DNA of 62,926 nt, counting the filler, from Reclinomonas americana ATCC 50394 (lineage: Eukaryota), in NCBI GenBank assembly GCA_048213135.1. It is 4 parts of 3 records of this genome, joined end to end, with 100 filler letters (N's around TTAATTAATTAA, not from the genome) between each part and the next. Parts side by side here need not be neighbours in the genome. Positions count along the whole stretch, not along the records: positions 1 to 25,071 come from PS015163.1; 3 more parts are not named here. One strand, 5' to 3'. The position numbers and the translations under genes were made by a program. The notes under the pieces are model-generated. The model searched no databases. It was not told where the DNA came from and saw only the letters and a program-made list of their open reading frames with translations. This document shows, piece after piece, positions 1 to 16,496 of the stretch (position 1 is the stretch's first letter; every line of letters begins with the position of its first letter).

Positions 1-201
1 GGAGGAGGAGGAAAGAAGAAGAAGAAGAAGAACAAGAAGAAAAAGAAGAAGAAGAAAGAACAATAACAAGTACAAAAAATAGAGGAAAAGGAGGATGAAA
101 GGAAGAACAGAAAAAAAGAACACTCTCACAGGAAAACAGAGTGAGAGGAACGAGGAGGAAGACGTAGAGCACAAAAGACCGTGCAAGCCACGTTGCCTCA
201 C

Positions 202-1259
202 CCGTCGTGATGGTGAACGCCTTGTCGAAGAACAACGGCGGCGATCCATTGTCCGTCGACCGGATGGTCACCGCCAGCGGGCTGCCCGCCTGCCCCGCCG
301 CCACAATCACCAGCGACTGTCCGCTGATCGAAAACACTGCGCTGTTGGCGCCTCCGACGATCGAATACGTGAGCGACTGGCCCGCATTCGCATCCGTCGT
401 CTGCAGCGCACACACTACTTGATTCGCCACCGACGGCGACACGTATGTCGTCGATGAGCAGCTAATGTCGGTCGGAGCCACATTTGCGGAGGTGGTGAAC
501 GACACCGTCGCGCCGTTGATGGTGCTGGGTGTCGAGGTGACGCCGACGGCACGATAGTAGTACGTCCAGTTCGTCGCCAATCCAGTTAGTGAAGTGGTGA
601 CGGACGTGGCCTGAGAGCCAGATGAAGACGCGGGAGTGGCCGACACCGATTGTGACGCCAACGAGAGGCGACGGATGGTGTGCGTGTTGAAATCGCCAAC
701 CAGCACCGATGCAGTCAATGCATCGAATGCGAGTTGGTTGATCGAGTTGAAGCGTGCCACACTCAGCGCGCTGCCGTTGGCTGATCCGCTGATGCCCGCT
801 GCGCCGGCTACAGTTGTCACTGACGAGTCTGACAATCGGAGTTGACGCACGGTGTTGTTGCCAGCCTGCGTGGGGGGTTCAGGCAGTGAGAATCAAGAAG
901 CGAGACGAGCTCGCTCAAAGTGTGCGGTGAGAAGTGCGGGGAGACACTCAACATCGGAAATGTAGATGACGTTGTTCCGAGCATCGTACGCTAGACCAAT
1001 CGGATTGTTGAAGCGAGCAGCCGTTCCTGGTGCGCATCAGTTGTTAGCACGAGTGCAAACGACTCCACAAGGGTAGCACATTATGATGAAATCACCGGTG
1101 GCATCCGTGGATCCAGATGCGCCGCTCGTCGAACCCGCCACCGTCGTCACCGTCATCGCCACGGTGTCAATGACTCGGATGGAGTTGTTCCAACGATCGG
1201 CTGCACTCACATGCAAACACAAGGTGCACATGAGGACGGGAGGAACAACATCGCTGTGC

Positions 1260-1294
<35 letters not shown>

Positions 1295-1792
1295 CACAAG
1301 AGCTCACCGACATACAGCATGGACCCGACGAGCTGCACACTGTTGGGGCCACCGAATCGCGCCGCTCCCGCACACGCACCATCGGCAGTGCCACTCACGC
1401 CAGTGGAGCCACAAAAGGTCGTCACCGCGCCGGCATACGTCACTCGCCGAATGGTTTTGTTGATGAATTCGCCCACATACATCACTTGGTTTGTGGAGTC
1501 CACTGCGATGCCCACAGGCTGATTGAAAGAGGCCGCTGCACCCGTGGCATTGGCACTCCCCGATGCCCCATTGCCTGCCAGTGTGGTGACCACGGCTGCA
1601 GTGCTGACGGCACGCACAGCGTGGTTCGTCAACTGAGTCAAACAAACACACGTACACGAGTCGGAGTCGGCAGCTATGCTGTTGTATCAAGCAAGATCAT
1701 GCATGCCCGCCACACTCACATCGGCGACATACATCGTTCCCGTGGTTTGATCGACGGCCAGATTGGCAACACTGTGAGAGTGCTTGATGAGC

Positions 1793-1823
<31 letters not shown>

Positions 1824-2602
1824 GAGTGTGTGTGTGTGTGTGAGAGAAAGAACGCACCCTTTGAACTGAGCTGCCACGCCTGTGCCATCTGCAAAGCCGC
1901 ATGTGGTACCAGCAAACGTGGTCACTGTCGCTGCGGGTGTGATGCGCCGAATGCGACAGTTGCTGCCATCATCGTCGCGTGGATGAGAGAGTGAGGAGCG
2001 AGAGAAGAGACGAATCAATAATCAACAGACAGCGACAAAGCAAACTCAACTTGTAATCGCCAACAAACACGTTGCCCATGGCGTCAATGGCAACTCCCTG
2101 TTGAGAGAGCACACTCACTGTGTCAGCATACGCCAAGCAACACCCTCTGTGTCGACGCCGACGTCGAACCAATGGAGCATTGAACCGTGCACTGGCGCCA
2201 ACGCCGTCTGTCGTTCCCGAAGAGCCAGCCGTGCCTGCTAACGTGGAGACAGTGGCTGTAGAGACTCCAATGGCGGCGGCGTAAGGCGACCACTCGAACG
2301 AGTTGGTGGTGCCGCCGGCGACATTGTTGGGATTGACCCACGCATTGAGAGTGGCCGTCGAGCCAGTGATGTTGTTGGCGACGGCGGTGGTCACTGTCTG
2401 TGCATCTGTGGAGGATGTAGTGTGTGCGTGTGTGCATAATCGAGAGGAGAGAGTGTAACAGCGAAGAAGTGCGTGCAAGCATGCACATGCGCACGCAACT
2501 CGCAGAGATGGCGATGGAGTGGATGAGCAAGTGGACGATTGCCGTCACGCACAGGAGTGTGCGGGCGACAGCGAGTTCAGTGGACGAGTGAGACACATAC
2601 AT
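202..2602 (-). CDS. Secreted multidomain surface protein: signal peptide, FN3-like domain interrupted by NHL-repeat beta-propeller, cadherin-like repeat (8 exons visible; 3' end runs off the window)
   Basis: ATG at 2602 with a hydrophobic leader ([19 protein letters not shown]). Splicing GT..AG introns restores repeated NHL blades ([55 protein letters not shown]). FN3 halves are [18 protein letters not shown] and [18 protein letters not shown] cadherin-like repeat follows (APTDISC...[17 protein letters not shown]...[13 protein letters not shown]), then a donor at 201. Confidence 0.85.
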
Positions 2603-2862
2603 TCAGCGAGCACTCACAACAAAAAAGAGAAACGGATTGAACTCAAATTTGGCGCGAAAAGTTCACCATTCCAATCCCGACGTGCAGTCACCGCTCGTCA
2701 CACACGCCATCGCCGTCGAGGTGGCCACAACTCCGCTCTTTGGCACACACTGCTTCGTTGACGAAGCACGAGCCGCACACAGTCAACTGAGATGAGCGCT
2801 TGTCCTGAGACACACATCGTCCTCCTTCACCGTCGTGCTCCGTACTCTATGCCCTAGAAAAG

Positions 2863-4110
2863 TTGTGCACCTCTGGAAGAAGAAAGGAGACCCAGAGACT
2901 CACGCCACTGACCTTGACTACTTCCGACGATCTCTCTGCAGTGCACTCTCTACAAGATCACGATCGAGTCTGTACCATCTCTCGCTACATCCTGCAGCCT
3001 ATCGGAGAGGCCCTCAACCTTCACTGTGACGAGCAACAAGGCTTCCGGATGGACTCAGAGGGTTGCATGCAACACTTCTTCGTCACCGACAGTGTGGGTG
3101 GCGACTTCATGAGGCATGCGGAGCAGTGGTCTCAGCAACGTGAACAACACATTGCGGAGAACGGCGCCGGCGAGGAAGGAGAGAACAACTGTCGTTCTCC
3201 TCCTCGACTACAAGCGTGCTTACGACTCTGTGTGTGCCCCGAACTGATTGATCTCACACTGAAAGCGATGAGCTTTCCTCCCTTCATTATCGACATGGTG
3301 GCAGACAGGATGCGGTACATGCCGTTCTTCGCGGCATGCAAGGAAGGCCTCCACACCAAGATCATGCACCAGAGGGTCGGCGTTCCCCATGCTGAGTCCG
3401 TTCATCTTCAACCTCGTGGCCTCGATCTTCATCCGCCGCGTCAAGCAACCGGAAGTCGGATATCGCTTTGCCAAGGATGCCACCATCCGCGTCCACGTAT
3501 CTGCATTTGCCGATGATCGCCACGTGTGTTTCTCATCGGTGCAACAAGCGCAGATGGTCCTGGACGAGTCACAACGGATCGGCGAATATATGGTCCGGTG
3601 TCAAGGACAACCCGGAGAAGTCAGTGGTCTTTGCGATCCTGCGGTCAAGAAACAGGCCCAGCAGCAATCCAGCTACGTGCTAGAAGAGTTCGACCCGAAC
3701 CTCTCCCACACGGGGCACCCACTGGCACACCTGACACGTGACACTGCCCCTACACGATGGCTGGGCTTCTTCTATGGTCTTCCACACAGAAAGAAATCCA
3801 CGGTGGAAGCACAGAAGGACTACATCAGAGAGCAGATATACGATCCACTTGAGGCCATCCGTGACTGCAGCCTCACTCCTCTCCAGAAAGTCGATGCTAT
3901 CCGCACCTTTATTCTGCCGAAAGCCACATTCGTCATGCAGTCTATCGATCTTACAGCGACACGTACTCAACGAGATTGACACCAAGCTCAGAGAGGCAGT
4001 GAGAGCTATCACAGGGCTATCGAAAGGTAGTGGCAACGCAGTGATAGAGACACCGCTCTCCATGGGTGGGCTGGGATTTGTGGGCGTTTATCGCATTATT
4101 GGAATTTGGT
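2863..4110 (+). mobile_element. Degenerate non-LTR retrotransposon reverse transcriptase fragment (R2/NeSL/HERO-like early-branching type), frameshifted and truncated
   Basis: Intronless RT motifs spread over three frames: EQQGFRMDSEGCMQH, RVGVP / LSPFIFNLV, SAFADD (YADD box), GVKDNPEKS, RWLG, LTPLQKVDAIRTFILPK, TPLSMGGLG. Frame switches near 3388, 3595, 3650 and 3955. Confidence 0.85.
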
Positions 4111-5394
4111 GAATGAAGTGTGTTCTGTTTGTATTCTCTCGCTGCGCTCTCGCTCTCCGCGGTCAGCCCGCGATGCACTCTCTTGTGCCCACCTCCAGCT
4201 CGTTCTTGACACCCTCGTGCAACCTTCCTTCTTTGCCACTCGATATTCGGCGGATTTGGCAACTTTTTCCGATATCCAAACTCTCATCTCTCCTCCGTCT
4301 CCTGCCTCCTCCGCCTCTCACTCCTCCTCCTCCACCACCACATTCTCTTGCGTCTTGCTCTTTGCGTTCTGAGACGCATGAAACAATTGTCCGTTTCAAC
4401 AGTGAACGATCAGAGTCAACACAATGACGGGAGTTCACTTGGTCTCTCTCAACAGGAAAGAAAGTGAAAAACAAGAGGAGTGTGTAAGACTCCGATCGTA
4501 TTTTCACTTTATGAAACCATGATATTCCAACAGTGGAAATCTGGAATTTCTCCGTTTCTTACTCTTTCCCCCTGCACCTCCACCACCTCCTCCTCGTCCT
4601 CCTGACTCCACCACCCACGTAAGCTGCACCAACTATCGTGCGCGCATCCATCTGGTGTGCAACATGCATTGGTGCATGAAAACTTGAATTTGTCTAATTC
4701 CTCTCTCCTCCCTCTCCTCTCTCTCCCTCTCCTCTCCAGCCTCCCTTCCTGCATCCTCTCCTCACTCTCTTCCCCCACCCCCACCGCCTACACGATCCAC
4801 CACGACTGCCATTTTGAGAAGCGCATAAACTTTGTCTGATTTTCCCTCTCTCACACCTCCCTCTCCTCCTCCACCTCCTCCTCCCTTCCCTCTCCTCTCC
4901 CTCCTCCTTTCTTCGCAAGGCCTTTCCTCCTCCATGCATTTTGTGCGCCCGATTGCGAATAACGCATTTGCATTGAAAACTCTGTCCGATATCCTCCCCA
5001 CCCTCTCCTCTCTCCTCCCCTGTCCTCCCTCCCTTCGCCATTGCCCACCTCGCTCCCTCACACAATCCTCTCTTCCCACACACAGGCCGTCGAAAGACGC
5101 ATTGACCAAACATTGTCCGATATCTCACTTCTCCTCCCTCCCTCCTCCTCCTCCACCTCTCCTCCTCCTCCTCTCTCCACCACACACACCAAAGCACCCT
5201 TCCACCCATCTTCGATATCCTCTCACACGCAGACAGCTCCATTCGGTACACCGATTCCGCGACGCCACATTCAACCCGAAATATCGGTACACTCATTGCA
5301 TTGCATCGCAGCGCATTGACCCATAAACCACAACAAAATCGAAAAAGTTTCCTTCGTCAATTCCATCACTCACCGTGAGAGAGCAAACACAACC

Positions 5395-8300
5395 ATGTCA
5401 TCTCGCGCCTCCAGTGTCCGCGCCTCCCCCGAGCACCTCAGCCCCGTGAGCAACTCCTCACTCGCCGAGCGACGCCGCTTCTCCGTCTCCTCGCCTCCTC
5501 CTCCTCCTCCACCTCCACCACCAGCCGCCTTTTCACTCTCCGCCGCCACCATTGCCGAGTCCAAGCCACACCGCTTCATGCACAGCGTGCACGTGGACGG
5601 CGGCGACGAGGACGCAGAGGATCCAGAGGGCCTGCCACCACCAATCAAAATCGACGGCGACATGCATGTCGAAGGTGAAGGAGAATAATCCCGCACATGA
5701 CTCCGCCGGGCGATACACACTCACTCCCTTGCCTTGCCTCGCAGACACGGCCTTCTCACCGGCTCACCTGCGCCACCACCACGCCGAAACAGGCAGCAAT
5801 GGATCGTCGCGCAACTCGGCAATCCGAACAACCATCACTGCGTCGTCGCAAATGGCGCAGCACGTCGAGGCGCTGCGTGCGTCGCTCGGCGAGCATCCAT
5901 CTCCATTTAGAGCCTTTTCACGCGAGGATGTCGCCGCCCACAATGCGACCATGGCGGCGGCGGCGGCGGCGACTGACGTGCGCGTCGAAACCACTGCTGC
6001 TCGTCCCGCTGATGACGTGGAAAACGATCTGGCCTCGTCGCGCTCCAATGGCTCCATGCACAGCATCCGCCGCTCGTCGATGGAGCGGAACAGGAGAACG
6101 CCGACCTTGGATGAGCAACTGCGCGAGCCGGAAATGTTGACGCTCAAGCATGGCCCGCAGGCGCCGTTTGTCACGACGAGTGCCGGCAGTGAGCCGACGA
6201 AGAAGCGCATGCTGCCTGGCTGGTGCACGTTCTCGTACTGGATTGTCGTTGCGTTGGGCAAGCACGCAGACAAGCATTCCAACATCGTGCTCATCTCTTG
6301 TCTTGGCAGTTCTGGACTGTGTTCTGGGGCTCGGTGAGCTTCGCCATTCTGGAGCGCTTCCTGATCAACTGGATGCCCGACGGCTCTCTCGACGACATTC
6401 CGTGGGGCGAGGAGAACGCGCTCATCTTTTGGCACTTTAGCGCCCGCATCACGGCGCGCTGCATGCTCGTCTTCACCGGCGCCCTCTTCTTCACCATGTG
6501 CCGCGCGCTGCACAACCAGATGGCCAGCATTCCCGTCTTCCACGACGCCCTGCAAGTGTCGTACGAGGCGCACCGCCTGCTGGGCAAGATGATGGCCTTC
6601 ATTGTGCCGCTCCATGTGCTGCTGGCCTTTGTTCCCCCTCTCCAGCGCCACTTTGTGGTGGTCACCTCCGAGCCGTTCACGCCCTTCATTGCCGGGCCGC
6701 GCACTCTCGAGTTCCAAGACAACGGCGACTTCAACCTGCGCGTCGACGACCTCTACACGGGCTCCATGGGCCTCTTTGTTACCATTCTCGTGCTGCCCGG
6801 CACCATGTTGTTTGCGTTCATGAGGTGAGCTTGTCCCTCCCCCCCCCCCCCCCCCCCCCCCACCCCCTTTCTCCCCCTCTCCCCTCTCCCCACTCCCTCT
6901 CGCTCATCACCCTTCGTGCGCAGAAAACGCCGCTACTCGGCCAGCCTGATCATCCACATCATCGGCGCCTCATGGCTCATCATGCTCTACTACCGCGATC
7001 CCGACCAGCAGCGCGTGCACTACTTTGTGTCGCCCTTTGTCGGCATGTACATTGTCGACCGCCTGCTGCGCCGCTTCTTCTACCGTGAGCGCACGGTGCC
7101 GCCGACCGAGTGGAGCATCTTCCCGATCAGCAGCGACCTCAACCTGCTCTTTGTGCACCTGCCGAGCACACCGGCCAAGCCGCGGATCGGCGACTACTAC
7201 TACTTCCGCGCCGTGAACCGCCACGGCGGCTTCCCGCACCCGTTCTCCGCCATGACGGTGCGCAAGGGTGGCATTCTGGCCGCCTGGATGAAGGCCTGCA
7301 ACGAGCACGACCCCAGCTTCGTGTACGACCCACAGGCGCACGTGGTCACTCAGGTGCGTCGCTCGGCCACCCCCGAGGGCGAGAAGGTGGCCGTGGTNNN
7401 NNNNNNNNNNNNNNNNNNNNNNNNNNNNNNNNNNNNNNNNNNNNNNNNNNNNNNNNNNNNNNNNNNNNNNNNNNNNNNNNNNNNNNNNNNNNNNNNNNNN
7501 NNNNNNNNNNNNNNNNNNNNNNNNNNNNNNNNNNNNNNNNNNNNNNNNNNNNNNNNNNNNNNNNNNNNNNNNNNNNNNNNNNNNNNNNNNNNNNNNNNNN
7601 NNNNNNNNNNNNNNNNNNNNNNNNNNNNNNNNNNNNNNNNNNNNNNNNNNNNNNNNNNNNNNNNNNNNNNNNNNNNNNNNNNNNNNNNNNNNNNNNNNNN
7701 NNNNNNNNNNNNNNNNNNNNNNNNNNNNNNNNNNNNNNNNNNNNNNNNNNNNNNNNNNNNNNNNNNNNNNNNNNNNNNNNNNNNNNNNNNNNNNNNNNNN
7801 NNNNNNNNNNNNNNNNNNNNNNNNNNNNNNNNNNNNNNNNNNNNNNNNNNNNNNNNNNNNNNNNNNNNNNNNNNNNNNNNNNNNNNNNNNNNNNNNNNNN
7901 NNNNNNNNNNNNNNNNNNNNNNNNNNNNNNNNNNNNNNNNNNNNNNNNNNNNNNNNNNNNNNNNNNNNNNNNNNNNNNNNNNNNNNNNNNNNNNNNNNNN
8001 NNNNNNNNNNNNNNNNNNNNNNNNNNNNNNNNNNNNNNNNNNNNNNNNNNNNNNNNNNNNNNNNNNNNNNNNNNNNNNNNNNNNNNNNNNNNNNNNNNNN
8101 NNNNNNNNNNNNNNNNNNNNNNNNNNNNNNNNNNNNNNNNNNNNNNNNNNNNNNNNNNNNNNNNNNNNNNNNNNNNNNNNNNNNNNNNNNNNNNNNNNNN
8201 NNNNNNNNNNNNNNNNNNNNNNNNNNNNNNNNNNNNNNNNNNNNNNNNNNNNNNNNNNNNNNNNNNNNNNNNNNNNNNNNNNNNNNNNNNNNNNNNNNNN

Positions 8301-9080
8301 NNNNNNNNNNNNNNNNNNNNNNNNNNNNNNNNNNNGATCTCGTCGGCCGTCGGTGTCGGCAACAGCGGTCGCCGCGGATCTGCGCAAATCCACCCGATAA
8401 CACCAGTCAAGGTGGCCGCCGAGGAAGACAATGGCGTGTGGCTTTGCTTTTGCGTTCACACGCACGAGAAGCCGGGCAAGTCGTCGCACATTTCGTGGAC
8501 TCAGGTTTGTTCAACAGCCCCCCATTCCCTTTGGTTTTCACTTGTCGCTCACTCGTCCCTTCCTTTTCCACAGTACCTGAGCATCATGGCCAACCACGAA
8601 ACCCTGCAAGTGACCGGCCCCTTCCGCGGTGTGTACCAGCGGCTCGGTCGCGACACCGGCAACTCCAAGGTGCTCATCGCCACCGGCTCGGCCATCTTCG
8701 CCGCCATTGACTGCATCGATGCGGCGGCGTGCCAGCCCGGCGGTCTCCCCAACCCCGTCACCATCATCTACTCGACGCCGTCGCAGTCGCTGTTCAAGCT
8801 GGTGACCGAGTCGACGCTGGCGCTCGGCTCGCTGCCGGCCAACGTCTCCGTCAAGGTGTACCTCACCGACAAGTCGGTGGACGAGATCGCCATCGACTAC
8901 GAGTCGATGCCGTCGGCGGAGATGGAGATTGGCTTCCGCGCCAACATTGAGGAGGCGCTGGCGCAGTGCACACCCGGCAGCGAGGCTTTCTACTGCGGTG
9001 GCGCATCGCTGCTGGACTCGGTGAAGAAGAGCTGCGGCAAGTTCCACCTGCCGTTGTACTACGATCCGCCCTATGCGTAA
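5395..9080 (+). CDS. Ferric reductase / NADPH-oxidase-like flavocytochrome (TM heme domain, FAD- and NAD(P)H-binding domains)
   Basis: Exons about 5395-5674, 5745-6247, 6310-6824, 6924-7397(gap), 8336-8504, 8573-9080 (TAA). Motifs: H-x13-H heme helix (AHRLLGKMMAFIVPLH), HPFS (FAD), VTGPFRG, VLIATGSAI, FYCGG. Confidence 0.85.
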
Positions 9081-9565
9081 GCATCGAGTGGGAGGGAGAC
9101 GGGAATAACGAAGAAAGGATAGATTACTGTATCACTAGAAAATTTAAAGATAATAATGAAGGTGGTGTTAATGGACGCGATCGTGATGCAAGAATAGCAG
9201 CAAGAGGGGGGTGCTGACAAGTCGATCACAAAGGCGGTAATGCGGCTGAACAGTGGACTCGCCGCGAGAAAGAGGCATGCGAAGTGGTGGTCGCGATAGA
9301 TCTGAATTGACGTCCTCCGAGGTCTTGCAATCGGTATCGCGATCTTGGGTGGCGCCAGCGAAGCTCAGCGTGCCGACAAGCTGGAGCCCGTGCACATAGG
9401 CTTTGGTGGCGATCGGAGATTCAATGTGCCGGTATGCTTCGAATTTCGAGCTCTCTCCTCTTCTGATTGCGCTTTTGCTGTCGCCTCGCAGGAGGAGTAT
9501 GCTAGCCACTTTTGTCCCCTTGCTCCACACAGCGATATCGCGATCAGGTCGATGCCAGGTGCACA

Positions 9566-9798
9566 AATTCGAACTTCGCGATCGCGATCGATATCGCCAT
9601 TGCAGTTTCCCCACTTGCAAATCGCTTTCATCGACCAGCCTACTCACCCCGTGCAAAGCGATGTTGTAAGCATCTGCCTCTTGCTCCGCCCATCGATAGC
9701 GCGATCCGGTCGACGCTCCGGCCACATGCATGAATTCGAACGTCGCGATCGATCTCTTACCACGATCGCCATCGCAGTTTCCCCACTTACAAATCGCT
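9566..9798. repeat. Imperfect direct repeat in a CGATCG-rich intergenic region
   Basis: ATCGCCATYGCAGTTTCCCCACTTRCAAATCGCT at 9593-9626 and 9765-9798 (2 mismatches), each preceded by AATTCGAACKTCGCGATCG (9566, 9733). Confidence 0.85.
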
Positions 9799-9994
9799 CT
9801 CAACGATCCCACTTCATCCACAGCGATTACACAAAACAACGCATAGAAAAACGCCATCGATGTGCATCGTCCGGCGAGTCCCAACTTCGCGTTCCCGCCC
9901 AATCGCACACTGCGAAAGCTGAGACACACAGCATCAGTGGGCAGTGAGTGACTCAGCGCAGCAGCAACACACACACACAGAGAGAGAAGAGAGA

Positions 9995-15885
<5,891 letters not shown>

Positions 15886-16496
15886 GTGAGTGCGATTGTG
15901 AACTTGTCCACTTGTCTGTCGGTTTCCGATTTCTCAATGCGCTTCTCCTTNNNNNNNNNNNNNNNNNNNNNNNNNNNNNNNNNNNNNNNNNNNNNNNNNN
16001 NNNNNNNNNNNNNNNNNNNNNNNNNNNNNNNNNNNNNNNNNNNNNNNNNNNNNNNNNNNNNNNNNNNNNNNNNNNNNNNNNNNNNNNNNNNNNNNNNNNN
16101 NNNNNNNNNNNNNNNNNNNNNNNNNNNNNNNNNNNNNNNNNNNNNNNNNNNNNNNNNNNNNNNNNNNNNNNNNNNNNNNNNNNNNNNNNNNNNNNNNNNN
16201 NNNNNNNNNNNNNNNNNNNNNNNNNNNNNNNNNNNNNNNNNNNNNNNNNNNNNNNNNNNNNNNNNNNNNNNNNNNNNNNNNNNNNNNNNNNNNNNNNNNN
16301 NNNNNNNNNNNNNNNNNNNNNNNNNNNNNNNNNNNNNNNNNNNNNNNNNNNNNNNNNNNNNNNNNNNNNNNNNNNNNNNNNNNNNNNNNNNNNNNNNNNN
16401 NNNNNNNNNNNNNNNNNNNNNNNNNNNNNNNNNNNNNNNNNNNNNNNNNNNNNNNNNNNNNNNNNNNNNNNNNNNNNNNNNNNNNNNNNNNNNNNN

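Noticed and set aside
6220-6310. Non-GT-AG intron (apparent GT..TG or TG..AG) in the reductase gene
   Set aside because: The frame is solved by the GTTGCGT donor at 6248 with AG at 6309. I found no intron requiring non-GT-AG ends.
9168-9974. 268-aa and 200-aa ORFs in the CGATCG-rich region
   Set aside because: No recognisable motifs, no introns in an intron-dense genome, and overlapping open frames are expected in stop-poor palindromic sequence.
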